Shown here: positions 1 through 13,797 of the stretch, one piece after another
Layout of the letters: the number at the start of each line of letters is the position of its first letter
Numbering within the stretch: the first letter of the stretch is position 1
Assembly: GCF_006345805.1 (NCBI RefSeq)
Contig: NC_043002.1
Coordinates: forward strand, 97,464,001 to 97,528,000
Direction of reading: 5' to 3'
DNA length: 64,000 bases
Source of the DNA: Octopus sinensis
Lineage: Eukaryota
Program-made: the position numbers and the translations under genes
The notes under the pieces: model-generated
Seen by the model: only the letters and a program-made list of their open reading frames with translations
Told to the model about the DNA's origin: nothing
Databases searched by the model: none

Positions 1-356
1 GGATTAAGTCGATTATATCGACCCCAGTTCGTAACTGGTACTTAATTTATCGACACCGAAAGGATGAAGGGCAAAGTCGACCTCGTTGGAATTTAAACTC
101 AGAACGTAGCGGTAGACGAAATACCTATTTCTTTACTACCCACAAGGGGCTAAATACAGACGGGACGTACAAGGACAGACAAAAGGACTAAGTCGATTAC
201 ATCGACCCCAGTGCGTAACTGGTACTTAATTTATCGACCCCGAAAGGATGAAAGGCAAAGTCGACCTCGGCGGAATTTGAACTCAGAACGTAATGGCAGA
301 CGAAATACGGCTACGCATTTCGCCCGGCGTGCTAACGTTTCTGTTAGCTTGCTGCC
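1..356 (-). mobile_element. tRNA-derived SINE family A, multimer cut by the window edge
   Basis: Reverse complement of head ...AGAAACGTTAGCACGCCGGGCGAAATGC, B-box GAGTTCAAATT and central GCCTTTCATCCTTTCGGGGTCGATAAATTAAGTACCAG (Meta-domain-like); two units visible. Confidence 0.85.
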
Positions 357-1313
357 TTTGGAACAGTAATATATTGCTTGAATATAGAACAACATTTCCT
401 GAAATAAGCCAAGTTTGAATAATTTATTTATAAAAATTAAAAACAGAAAATTGCTTGCTTGCAGAATATTGTCTCCGTAAATAGAAATCTACGGACGACC
501 ACAGAATTCTATGTTGACGATGTTCCACTCATTTATCATCGTAAGCAAAAATCGCCATGACATTTACTCACTGTATGACGCCAATATATAAAATCAGCAT
601 CTGAAAACGTTTTAGTAAAAACATAAAAACAATACGGTTGGTTCGAATATAAGCAGCGTAGGTTACATAAAACTAATATACTAAAGATTTTAAAACTGGT
701 TTGTTTATTAACCGTTCAGAAACCGGACATTCTCGCTCTCAAATCTGCTGCGCCTTGAACACAAACAACAATTTTGTCTTCAGTTGTTGAAGATATAAAT
801 AGCTTTTAAGAATACGAACGTAATGCAGGGAATATTTCAATTATATCAAAAGAATGAGATATAGTGATGAAAAATGGGTCGTTGATTAACCGATGGATTC
901 ATGCCCAGTAAAGAAAAATGTCCAGTGAACTTTGTCTTAATTAAAAGCAAGTTATCAGTTAATATGTAGAATATTGAGAAGAACAGAGTGTTAACTGCCC
1001 AGAATATGAGTCAAACAAAGTGTGATTTGAAAGATTCGTGATAAAAATTATTTTTTATGTAACTTTAAGCTGATTGGAGAAATAAGTAGTTCAGATAATA
1101 AACAAGCTACAAAACATTTGTTCAAACATTTGCTGGCGTTGTTAAAGAAGAGGGATGCGTTACGCGGCTGAGTTCACGGTTAACAGAATTAGTTTATCTT
1201 GCAAGGGGGTGCCTGAGAGAACAGCCATACATCCATACATACACGCATACATATGCATATATCTGTGTGTGTGTGTGTGTGGATGTGTGGATGCATACAC
1301 AAACACATACATG

Positions 1314-1395
<82 letters not shown>

Positions 1396-1699
1396 GAATT
1401 AGAAGCAGCTCAAGGAGTATAAATAATATCGAACACACATACACAAGGTATGTATTTTGCTAGTTTGTGGGTAGGCTGCGCTTTTAGGCGTCAGAGAATA
1501 CATTCTCCTCTATGCGCCCGGTGTTAAAAGACCTAGAAGTCAGTATTAGACAAGCGAGACAACTCGCATCAGGTCCCGTTCAGAAGCAATGGACATTGAT
1601 GTTTCATCCATTGATGTTTCTAGCCTAGATCCAAGGCTCCTTCATTGGAATTTCAAAATCAACAACAGGGTATTTTTGCTTGTAATGTATGTATGTATG

Positions 1700-1733
<34 letters not shown>

Positions 1734-1789
1734 TGTATGTATGTATGTATGTATGTATGTATGTATGTATTTATGTATGTGCAGATTTG

Positions 1790-2410
1790 TATGTTTTATG
1801 TATACTTCGACATGCTCATATAATATATTTAAATTATAAACTTCTGGAAAGTTTTACAGATTTTTACAGTTCCGGTGATGGATTGGACCTGTAGTCTTCG
1901 AATTAGCTTTCTCCTTTCTGGTTTTGAAAGGCTAATTTCTCAAGATTTGTATTTAGGCAGTGTGTTACATATCCCAGAGCCCCAATAATTACAGTTATAA
2001 ACATGAACTTATAATCTGGATAGAGTAACTGCAAATTTTTCAATAGTTCAGCGTAGGTGTTCTCTTTTTCACTGATCTTCAACTTTATGTTAACATCCAC
2101 TGGGCAGTTAATTTCCACAGCTGTGCACAATTTCTCTTCCCTATCCCAAATCATTATATCAGGTCTGTTGTGCTTAAATTTTATTGAGGACTTCACTGAG
2201 ACATTCCACCAGTATTCCTTTTTATTATGAGTGGCTGTGGTGTCTAGCATATTGTGGGTTCATATTTCTTTGTCCTCGGCATTATCCTTCCGACGGATTT
2301 CATTCCAGAGTGTCCTAGCTACAACATTATGTCTCATCTGTAGTTAATATCGTGGTGATGACATTTTCAGACAACTGCTTATAATGTTCTTACGATGTTT
2401 AAACATGCTG

Positions 2411-2456
<46 letters not shown>

Positions 2457-2880
2457 TATACACTAAGCTCTGTCATGCAACTGGTCGTTAGTTTTTGTTT
2501 CTTTTTGCTATGTGGGTAGTTCTGCATTTGGAGATCAATTCTGTCTCTGTCAGAGCTAACCAGAGTGGTATGCTTCTGTTCCCAATGAGGGCTTGCTGGT
2601 ACAGATTCATAAGATATGGTCGGTAGAATGTTAGCTTCTTGTACCAATAACCAACAATCAAGTCTCTTCCGGGTGCTTTTCCATCTTGGAGTTTCTGGAT
2701 CACAGTTGCAAAAGTTTCACCATGAATGTTGGATGTCTTGGATGTAACGCAGGAGGAATAACTTTTTCGGATTTCTTCCAGCCACAGAGCATCTTGGTTG
2801 GTTAAATTCCTTCTTTTCTCTCCAGATTTCCTTCCAGGAGGAGTCTATGGAGTTTTCTCATGGAGAAGCTTCTCCTGTTT
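1790..2880 (-). mobile_element. Internally deleted R4/Dong-clade non-LTR retrotransposon (RT N-terminus, Zn knuckle, restriction-like endonuclease)
   Basis: KAPGRDLIVGYWYKK (2488-2703), HIISSC...RHNVVA knuckle region (~2290-2380), HNRPDIMIWDREEKLCTAVEINCPVD..EKENTY RLE motif (1903-2250); stops and frameshifts; (GTAT)n on both sides. Confidence 0.85.
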
Positions 2881-3294
2881 GTATGTATGTATGTATGTAT
2901 GTATGTATGTATGTATGTATGGTAAGTAGATGAGAGCAAAATATCTTCTAATATAGACAACACAGGGTAGTGCTCAGTACTTTCGATCTTGTTCTTTCCA
3001 CGCTATATGATATCAGGCAGATATGGTAATTACGCAATTTATGGATCACTTGAAACAGCTGTCGAAATAAAACTTTCGTTATCATTTTCTTTCTGTATTC
3101 TGTAATCTATATTTGTTGTTCGTTATGTAAATATATATCACAAGCCTACCTGTTTATATCTACATTACTACCTCTACACGCATACATGTATATATACGCA
3201 TACTCACAAGAACACATATAGACCAACACACACATATATATATATACATACATACATACAAATATATATGCATACATATATATATATATTTACT

Positions 3295-3339
<45 letters not shown>

Positions 3340-3807
3340 ATATATATATATATATATTATATATATATATATATAAGTGCTTAAAAGCACTTAATCGCTG
3401 TTCATAATGTATTATAATTGAAATATCAATTGGTAATTTGAAGAAGTTTATCGGTTTTGTAACGAGGTGGAATGTGCAATTTCCAAATGAATTGATGGCT
3501 GTAGACACAAATATACTTATAAGCGAACCAAATAAACAGGATCAGAGTGATTTTAACTCGGGGAAATGCATTGGAAAAACATACAATATGTTTACGAAAT
3601 TCATCAGAATGTGAAAAGACATTGAATGTTAATATTATATTAATACGTTTAAAACCTATTTATGCTGTCTTTAAAAGTGACTCGTAAGCATTGTGCATAT
3701 ATTATTTTATTTTACACCAATGTGTGTGTGAATCTGCAGCGAATATGTGTACGTGTGCACGTATGTATCTGCAGAGAATTATGTATGTATGTATGTATTA
3801 TGAGTGC

Positions 3808-3861
<54 letters not shown>

Positions 3862-3873
3862 ATACACTCCATA

Positions 3874-4036
3874 GACGCAGGAGTGGCTGTGTGGTAAGAA
3901 GCTTGCTTCCCAACCACTTGGTTCCTGATTCAGTCCCACTGCGTGGAACTTTGGGCAAGTGTCTTCTAATATAACCTCGGGCTGACCTAAGCCTTATGAG
4001 TAGATTTGGTAGACATAAACTGAAAGAATTCCGTTG

Positions 4037-4075
<39 letters not shown>

Positions 4076-4351
4076 TATATATATTATATATATATATATA
4101 TATTGTATAACTCCAAACTTACAGGGAAAAATTCAATTTAGTATTAAATCAAATTTCACAATATAAATATATAATATATATAAATTAGACCCACGAAACG
4201 TACGTAGCTTTTTTACTTATTATGTAATGTTTATTAATTTTTTTGTATTTTTTTGTGATCTAGTTATGTTTTATAATGTATTTTATTTTTGCTATATGAT
4301 ATGGTTTATGTCTATCATTGTTTGAATTGCATAATAGTGGTTTTTCTCTAA

Positions 4352-4423
<72 letters not shown>

Positions 4424-4685
4424 TGTATGTATGTATGTATGTATGTGTGTATGTATGTATGTATTTGTGTGTCTGCGTTTGTCCCTCCAGCATCGGTTGA
4501 CAATCGATGTTCTTGCGTAACTTAGCGGTTCCCGTAATACTAGCGGTTCGGCAAAAGAGAACGATAGAATCAGTACTAGTTTTACGAAGAATAAGTTCTT
4601 GTATCGATTTGTTCGACTAAAGGCGATGCTCAAGCATGGCCGGTGTCAAACGTCTAAAACAAATAAAAAATAAAAGAATAAAGTA
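3874..4685 (+). mobile_element. tRNA-derived CORE-like SINE family B, split by an expanded microsatellite and an insert
   Basis: Head GACGCAGGAGTGGCTGTGTGGTAAG, CTTTGGGCAAGTGTCTTC core at the 5' end; 3' half CTTAGCGGTTC...GGCAAAAGAG...CATGGCC at ~4455-4685. Confidence 0.7.
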
Positions 4686-7383
4686 TGTGTGGGGGGGAGT
4701 ATGTGAGTGTGTGTATTCTCGAACGTGTGTGTGCATATAATGCATCCATATATATTATGCGTGTATTTTCATGTCTGTGTATGTCTGTACAGGATTAGCC
4801 GGAATTATCAGTTATTATTTGTGTCGTTTGACTAAATTTCACTCAGATCATTTATGTATTCACCAAAAATCATATTCATAGTATGTTTTAAAATTTTAAC
4901 TTAGTGGTTAATATTCATTGAAATACAAGAATGGAGATTATAGAGTTTATATAATCGTAAATATGAAAGAGCTACCTATGCAATGTTTGTTGTGGAGAAT
5001 ATACGTTGCTTTCATAATAATCCTTTTAGTTTACGTTTGGTAAAACATGTTTAAGAAATAAAAAATACCTCTTGGCCAGATAGCCATTATTTAATCAACA
5101 AAACAGTAGAAACTGAGGCTACTACTGACGAGAGTATAAACAACAACGGAAACAATGATAGCTATGCAATCTTTGTTTGAAAGTTATATAATGGCTGTTG
5201 CCGATGTATCTGCAAAGTTGTTGATGATATTCAGTATTGAGTAGTATGGTTGAATAATTGCAAAACGAGTCTTATAATACTATAAAACACACTTTTGCTT
5301 TTGTCGCTTGTTTTTATGAAATATTTTCAGCTAGATGTTTGTTGTATTCCATGTTTGTCCGACGGAGCAACGAGGGCCATCTAGTCATCTTAGGAAGAGT
5401 GATAACTTGCGTAATAACTTTGTTTAAAGTTGCGCACCGTCAACCTCATTCTTTTGTCCGTGACCATCTTCAATCCAGTGGCAAGACCAGGTCAAGGCAA
5501 CAGGAGGTGGAGACGGAAGCAATGGATGACCAAGATTGTTTACTTACTCCATCTTGTTTTCTGCATTTCCCAATGCCTTACTGTATCCGCCTTCCTGTCA
5601 CTGAACCATGGAAGTTTCTTACGCAGACTTCACTGGATACAGTTTTCACATGCATAGGTCGGTAAAAATCTAATATGCTAATTAACCCATAGCAGGTACC
5701 TTGGCAGCTGTTACTACTAGGGATCAGAGTAGCTGTAGGACCAATAGTGGCCAAGAAGTGCCACTAAAACCCTGGGACTGCCGAACGGAAGCCCCACTAC
5801 CGAATGTAGTTTAAGGTCATACCCATATTATGAATCTAATACAAACATTGCAATGATTTTCAGTGATGTACGGTGATGTGGATGTGTATACGTAGGTCAT
5901 TCTAAAGTTAAATCATACAAATATTTTATGCTGGTGTCCTTAATTATACAGCGATCATTAAGAAATGTGAATATATAGTGTTATTTATATAAAAGGTAAT
6001 GATTTAATGAGATATGCAATATGCGGCGTCAGGCGGATATAGATGTCTGTAACGTATCAGAATAAGTTTAGTTTATTTGCAACAAATTCTGTCTATTGTG
6101 ACATGTAAAGTTTAACTTCCTATTTAAGAAGAATGTTCAGTGATTATGCTGAATTTCTTTGATGAACAAAAGTTTTTCATCCATTCCTTAAAATTGTTGC
6201 TAAACCAAGGTTATTTTACATATTTGTAGGTGTTCTTTTCTTTGATATTATAACTCCATATAAATGTAAAATCTTGATATTATTATTTTTGAGACATGAT
6301 TGAATGACTACTGTGGTGTATGTAAATGGAGAAGTTTCTGCTAGGACAATGGATAAGGGTTTTTTTTGTTGTGTTTGGTAAAGGCACGCTAGATGAAGCT
6401 TACTATAACTAGCAACGAATCGCTAGTGTTGCGCAGGTTTCATAAAGTTAAACAAACAGTATCAGTTATTTCAAACTGTTCTAGGCGTCTTGCACCATCA
6501 GAAGTCGACTAGAATTTGATTTTATTTGATTACAGAATGATCTGTATAATATGTAATGGCATATTTCAAAGATAACAAAAAACGATACCTTTGATTACAA
6601 TATTTCTATTAAACGTTATTTTTAGTCAATCGTATGTTCAGTGTTAATAGGAGCCATTTTTTAACGTCGTCTGCTGAACTGTTTCTACAAAACTAACAAT
6701 GAGACACGTTTCAAATAGTTTTCACATTATCTTTTAAAAGTTTTAGGAGTTTCCTTTACGCCTTGGTATGCCAACTGTACTTCAGTTTTGAAATATATAA
6801 CAGTTAATGTATTACCGTTAGATGTATTGTTATAATGCGCATTTATATTTCATTGCTCTTTTTTTATATTTTGATAATGCTATATCACGTTGATTTCCCG
6901 ATTTTATATCGGATGAAACAACAGCGCTCGCAATATGAGAGCTATTTTCTAAATCAGATTTAGCATTATGAATCTCAATAATACAATTCTATCTTTTATA
7001 TAAGTTCACTATATCACAATATTCTGTTCTAAAATACACGACGCCCGACTTCAGAAATCGTATATTTCCTGTCTCTTCACTTTCAGCGATAATGCCTGCA
7101 GTAGTTATGTCAAAGCTAAGTTAATAAAACTGGCGAATTTATATTGATACCATGAAATATGAAAAGGGAATATTATTATTTTTCTTTTAGTCGATTATTT
7201 CAATTTCTCACTTATGCAGTAAAATAGTTTCCTATTGATTTAGATTTAAAGCAAACATGAATCTAATATCTGTGTTAAAGCAACAGCGTTCCAGACTGTC
7301 ACAATTGTCGATTGCCTCTTGTGTTTACCAATTCCCGTTGGTTACCATCTCCAGCGTCATTAGCCATTTAGTAGGATCTGCTT

Positions 7384-7407
7384 TTTATATATTGACTGTA
7401 CATATAT

Positions 7408-7481
<74 letters not shown>

Positions 7482-7610
7482 CCACACACACACACAACAT
7501 ATTATATAATTATATATATATATATATATACCCACATATATATATATATATATATGTAATATATATATATATATATACACACACATTATATATATATATA
7601 TATATGTATG

Positions 7611-7642
<32 letters not shown>

Positions 7643-7805
7643 TTATATGTATATATATGTAGTATGTATAATATATATATATTATATTATATATATATTA
7701 TATATATATATAATTTATATGTATATTATATATATATATATAATATACATATATATATATATGTATATATATGTATGTATGTTAATATATTATATATATT
7801 TATAT

Positions 7806-7893
<88 letters not shown>

Positions 7894-7899
7894 ATATAT
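7384..7899. repeat. Degenerate (TA)n microsatellite tract
   Basis: Direct reading; source of the IY-repeat ORFs. Confidence 0.95.
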
Positions 7900-8260
7900 G
7901 GAGGCGCAACTTCGTCGTCGTAACCGACGGAGTGCTTCCAGGGAGGCGCAATGGCCCAGTGGTTAGGACTCGCGGTCAGAAGATCGCAGTTTCGATTTCC
8001 AGACCGGGCGTTTTGTGTGTGTTTATTGTGCGAAAACAGCTAAAGCTCCACGAGTAACCGGCAGGGGTGGGGTGGGGGTTGCGACCCCTGTTGTACTCTT
8101 TCGCCCCAACTTTCTCTCACTCTTTCTTCCTGTTCCTTGAGTGACGCTGCGATGGACTGGCGTCCCGTCCAGCTGGGGGGAATACACATATGCCACATAA
8201 ACTCGGAAACCGAGCTCATGAGCCTGGCTAGGCTTGAAAAGGGCGCATAAATAAAAAAAC
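7900..8260 (+). mobile_element. tRNA-derived SINE family C (tail type 1) with a 32-nt insert in its head
   Basis: GGAGGCGCAATGGCCCAGTGGTTAGG A-box, GTTTCGATTTCC B-box, A-rich end ATAAATAAAAAAA. Confidence 0.85.
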
Positions 8261-8900
8261 TAAAATGTATATACATATATATATATATGAATGCGAGTTT
8301 CCTGCATAAGTTTGAGAGTGTGAGTGGAGGGGAAGACGTGTGCTTGCAACTGAAATTATGTCAGTGTGTGCGTACTTGAGTGCATGTTTGTGTGGGTATG
8401 TGAGTGTATGCATGTGTGTTTGTGATTAATTGTTTTAAGCACATTACTAGCGAGTGATTCAAATTTACAATGATACAAATAGATTATTCAGCACAAGTAT
8501 TTGTGACATCTCATTAGTATTCAGCCTGCTGAGAAAGCGAGTTAGTGACTGAACCCCCTACTATCAGAATCATTAGTATCTTAGTTTCAAATCGACCTCG
8601 TTTACACTGACATGTTAATGTAACATAACGACAGTAATGCCAGCAGCTGTGCAAAACTTTTACCTGCATTCAACGATTTTATCGTATTGTGCTGCCCAGC
8701 AGTCGATCGCCTTAGCATAGAGTTAAAAAACAACAATTCCTTGGCGATGATCTGTCATTTTGGCAAACGAAATCTCTATAAATATTATTGTTTAAAAACA
8801 CACACATATACACGCATATATGCATGTACATATATGTATGTATATACATCTATAAGTATACAGATACAGATAGATAAATAAATAAATACATACATATAAT

Positions 8901-9221
8901 ATTATTTTCTATTCTAGGCACAAGGCCCGAAATTTTGAGCGAGGGGACAAATCGATTAGATCGACCTCAGTACGCAACTGGTACATAATTTATCAACCCC
9001 GAAATACCGATTTCTTTACTACCCACAAGAGGACAAATAAGGACAGACAAACGGATTAAGTCGATTACATCGACCCCAGCGCGTAACTGGTACTTATTTA
9101 ATCGACCCCGAAAGGATGAAAAGCAAAGTCGACCTCGGCGGAATTTGAACTCAGAACGTAGCGGTAGACAAAATAACGCTAAGCATTTCTCCCGGCGTGC
9201 TAACGATTCTGCCAGCTCACC
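8901..9221 (-). mobile_element. SINE family A, unit plus deleted second unit with monomer tail
   Basis: Same head and central domain as the other A copies; tail AATTTCGGGCCTTGTGCCTAGAATAG. Confidence 0.85.
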
Positions 9222-9240
9222 TTATATATATAATATATAT

Positions 9241-9284
<44 letters not shown>

Positions 9285-9348
9285 ATATATATAGATTAAT
9301 ATATAGATATATAATATATATTATATATAATATATATAATATATATAT

Positions 9349-9391
<43 letters not shown>

Positions 9392-9884
9392 GTTGTATAT
9401 ATATATATATATATATATAATTTTTATACATTATATATACATATAATGCATATATATATATATATATATATATACCGTTGTCTGTATAGTATATATGTGT
9501 ATATATATAAGTATACATATGTACATAAGGCTAAATCTGGGGACACGAGAATTTCTAAGAGAATGTGCAAATACCAGTGTTTTCTTATGATTTTGATTTT
9601 AATATCAGAAATAATTACTGCTGTTATATTGGTGGCTACACAAGTAAAATCTGCATCGATCACGAGAAATATCTAGCAACCTATCAGTATGGATTTAAAG
9701 AGAAGATACCAATGCATGCGTATTCACAAATGCCGTTGGCTGTCAAAAACAAATATCCATCACATGGCAAAGAGAATGTTTCTGAAAATTGAGAACCCAT
9801 TCGTTGAAAACTAAGTCAACTTCAATAAATGATTTGGAAATTAAAAAAAAATATGCCAGAAGTGAATTAAAACTTCAATAAATG

Positions 9885-10130
9885 TTGTGTAAAGGTGCGT
9901 GGGTTAGGAATTATCATATATCGCTCACAATCGCATAAGATCGTCGTTTCGATTCATGGACTGGGTGGTGTGTTGTACTCTTCAACAAAACGGTTCGTTT
10001 CACGTTGCACCTGTCCACTCAGCTGAAAATGAGTAACCCTACGACCGACTGGCTTCCTGTTGAAGGAGGGTCTTGTGATCAGAGTCACTTATATGCCAGC
10101 GAAACTAGGTAACCAGCTCTATAACTTTTA
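9885..10130 (+). mobile_element. Old diverged tRNA-derived SINE
   Basis: Weak head ...GTTTCGATTC, then CACCTGTCCACTCAGCTGAAAATGAGTA and GACCGACTGGCTTCCTGTT. Confidence 0.45.
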
Positions 10131-10367
10131 GGACTCGATACTGACATATCTTGGGATTCATAATGATAATGATGATGATGATGGTGATGAATTTATACAT
10201 ACATATATATATATATTCATTTAAAGAAGAAAATGGAGATTGTGAAGTTAATAATTGCTTATTATTAACAGTAAATTGGTTATCTTCAGTATTTTCTAGG
10301 ATGAAAACATCCCTTCATGAGCTTAACAAAACCTCTAATTAAACATATATATATATATATATATATT

Positions 10368-11231
10368 TAGGAGGTCTGCCTGAAAAGTAACGGGGCACGA
10401 TGTGTCGTGTGATCTATGGGCGAAAGAGAGATAAGCGGATTGTGTTATCATCTAACATAATATCTTGGGTGTATATAACTGTAGTCTTAGCTTTCTGTAA
10501 CCATTACATGATATTTCATATGCTTTTGTTTACATCTCATCTTTTTCAGGTCGTTCACCTATGAGCCCTGAAGAACGAATAATGAACACCGAACAACGAA
10601 CAAACCTAATATTTTGGGTCTGGTTGGTGAAAACTCCGTCACAAGGACTTGTCACGCACAAACACCATGTCACGCACATATGTTTTTGAGTGGCACAAGA
10701 GGTTCAAAGAGGGTCGCAATGAGGTTCGAAGATGACTCAAGGTGCAGGGGCCTTCAAAATGCAGGACTGAGGACAACGTCGAGCAGTCAATCAGCAAGTC
10801 TACAACGAGATTCTGCGAGTTTGCTTCGCTCAGTGCGCGAGAAGGGAATATAGTTGTGTCAGGACAAATTGTGGCTGCTTCACCACGACAATGCTCCTTC
10901 TCACAACACCCCGAGCATCCGGCAGATCCTGACCGAGAAGAACATCGCCGTACTGAAACAGTCTCTCAATCTATTCACATGATCTTGCTCTGCGTGAATT
11001 TTTCTTTCTCCAAAGCTCGAGGTAATCGTCAAGGCAACCCGTTTTGAAGGCGTGGAGATCATCAAGAGGGCCGCAACGACGTAGCTGAGGGACATTCCAG
11101 ATGAATCCTTCCAGCAGTGCTTAGAAGCATGCAGAGAAGAAAGAAAAGAGGGAAACCATGAAGAACTATGTTTGAAATTGAAATAAATTATTTGTAACAT
11201 CAGTCCCTTAACTTTTCATACAAACCTCGTA
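10368..11231 (+). mobile_element. Internally deleted mariner transposon
   Basis: TIRs TAGGAGGTCTGCCTGAAAAGTAA / TAACTTTTCATACAAACCTCGTA; frameshifted EQRTNL.., FEWHKRFKEGR..EDD HTH region and C-terminal IPDESFQQCLEA. Confidence 0.85.
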
Positions 11232-11269
11232 TATATATTATTTATTTTATATTCTTATATATTCTTATA

Positions 11270-11397
11270 TTCTCACAAGGCTTTGGTTGGCCCGACGCTA
11301 TAGTAGGAGACACTTGGCCAAGGTGCCACACAGTAGCACTGAACGTGGGGCCATGTGGTTAGGAAGCAAGCTTCTTACCACACTGCCGTGCCTGCGA
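11270..11397 (-). mobile_element. SINE family B, 5' part only
   Basis: rc of GCAGGCACGGCAGTGTGGTAAGAAGCTTGCTTCC...CACCTTGGCCAAGTGTCTCC. Confidence 0.75.
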
Positions 11398-11419
11398 AAT
11401 ATATATCTATGCATGTATA

Positions 11420-11674
<255 letters not shown>

Positions 11675-12108
11675 TATCAGTAGTTCATATATCCGATAAA
11701 GAAGCACACACTAAAGCATTAGAGCAGTAATGTATTTTTAAGGAAGTTAAAATGTATAGTGACCATTGGTTTTACACCTACAAAGCGCCTGGCAGTGTAA
11801 GCGTTTTATAGGTACGAAACCAATGTTCACTCTAATACCAGTCATAACCTCTAACTCCTTTATATATATATATATACATACACAAACAATGGAGGTTTAG
11901 TTGACAGGTGATCTAAACGATTAGGTATGCTAGGTAAGTGCTGTAACGGATTATTAGGGCTCCAAGTTTGTAGCCGAGACGGTAGTTATGGAGCCATTGT
12001 AGATTTCCGATATAGCAGGTATATAATTGTTAAAGAGGACAACAAACATTAAAGCAAGGCAAACATCTCAAGTCATGTACGTTATTATTATTATTATTAT
12101 TATTATTA

Positions 12109-12145
<37 letters not shown>

Positions 12146-12160
12146 GGAAAAAGATTCAAA

Positions 12161-12216
12161 GTCTTACAGCTGTTTCTGGGATATCCCAGAGTATGCGCTA
12201 TTCCGTCATCGGAGAC
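12161..12216 (-). ncRNA. Minimal type I hammerhead-like motif, U4C core variant with irregular stem II
   Basis: GUCU CCGAUGA [29 nt] GAAA CAGCUG UA AGAC: stem I GUCU/AGAC, palindromic stem III ACAGCUGU, GUA site. Confidence 0.5.
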
Positions 12217-12672
12217 AAATAGGTAAAATGAGAAGGTACTTGAGATGTTTGCCTTGCCTTAACGTCTGTTGTCCTTTGTCGCAATTATATATATATATAT
12301 TATATATATATATATATTATATATATATATATATATATAAGTTTATTCCGTTCGGTACGTAGCAGAGTATAAAATAGTGCTCGTTCATCCTAAGAATTAC
12401 GAAGTCTAGATTTGGACATTCTTCGCGTGTAAAAATATAATTGAATTAGGGTCATACAATATAGTTTTTCATATACACAGGAATTTGATTATGCAACCGT
12501 TTACCTGTATAATGGGGATCCAGTTGTATTTCTTTAGGATTTATTCAAATTTGTGTATATATGAAGAACTATGGAAACATATATGCTGTGATTAAAAAAT
12601 AGCTATCCAACCGTACTGTTTATTGTTGACTCTATCTTATTCGATTACATATATATACATATAAATATATAT

Positions 12673-12734
<62 letters not shown>

Positions 12735-12796
12735 GTCGCCATGATAGATCGTTAGCTGCTACACACATTTTTTCTCTCCTTGTTTTTTCTGTGCCC

Positions 12797-12832
12797 CTTT
12801 CTGTAGAAGAGCGTAGGCTCGAAACGTAAAAG
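12797..12832 (+). ncRNA. Minimal type I hammerhead-like motif, A6U core variant
   Basis: CUUU CUGUAGA A GAGC-GUAG-GCUC GAAA CG UA AAAG: stem I CUUU/AAAG, 4-bp stem II, loopless palindromic stem III ACGU. Confidence 0.55.
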
Positions 12833-12929
12833 ACTTTTTCTATTCCTGAGCGTTATACTAATACATCTGTTTGTTTTGTACACCACCTGCCTTCGTCTTT
12901 TGTTTTTTTCGTAAACTCTCCCTATACAT

Positions 12930-12988
<59 letters not shown>

Positions 12989-13689
12989 AATATATACATA
13001 TTTATATACATGCATACTTTCATACATATATGGGATCTATAGTGGTTGTTGTATTGAGAAAAATCAATTGGCAATGTCCTAATGCTTAAGTAAAGGGGGT
13101 GAAGAGTGGAACGAAAATAAGTGGAAAATATGTCACAATATGCATATGTTTTACCTATATAATTAACCTCACTTTCTCTATAGATTTTATCACCGCAAGA
13201 ATGTATTCTGAGGAAATATCCGCACGTATATAAATATAGAAATATCTATAATTATATGTATAGAACATCAACCCAACACTGATCATATTAAACATAAGAT
13301 ATTCTCAAGCAACAAAAACCGAATTCACTCACGCGCGTGCTGGCAAGTACTCCATACACATGCACATGCAGCTCAATGTGTGTATACGTGTTGATCTATA
13401 TGTATCTGTACCTGTGTGAATATGCCTATATATAATATATATACATATATCTATATATGTGCGAGTGTGTGTGTGTGTGCAAGTGTGTGTGTATGTGTGT
13501 GTGTGTGTGTGTGTGTGAAAAGGTTGAATTATATTTCGTCCTTTAATTTGGAGGATTCCAAAAAAAGATTTCTAATAAAGAATCTTCATATTTTGCTGGA
13601 AGCTTCCTGGCGTAAGTTTGCGAATATGAAAATTATACAAATTTATTGAGTTTTATAGAATTTCTTTCCATAAATTAGCTTAACACACA

Positions 13690-13733
<44 letters not shown>

Positions 13734-13797
13734 ATAGAAATGGCAAGACAACAAAAGAATGAAAGAGACCTCGATATTATGTAAATAGAGGAATTTA

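Noticed and set aside
5258-5830. 135-aa and 75-aa ORFs in a GC-richer island
   Set aside because: No recognisable motif; probably an unassigned repeat remnant
7604-8057. Long IY/YI-repeat ORFs (also at 9197, 14002, 37064 and 43610-46590)
   Set aside because: Translations of (TA)n microsatellites; no coding signal
9520-9792. Tetraspanin-like hydrophobic stretch (FLMILILISEIITAVILV)
   Set aside because: No clear splice context or further exons; another frame (YLATYQYGFKEK) looks as much like a decayed CR1/L2 RT; neither is supportable
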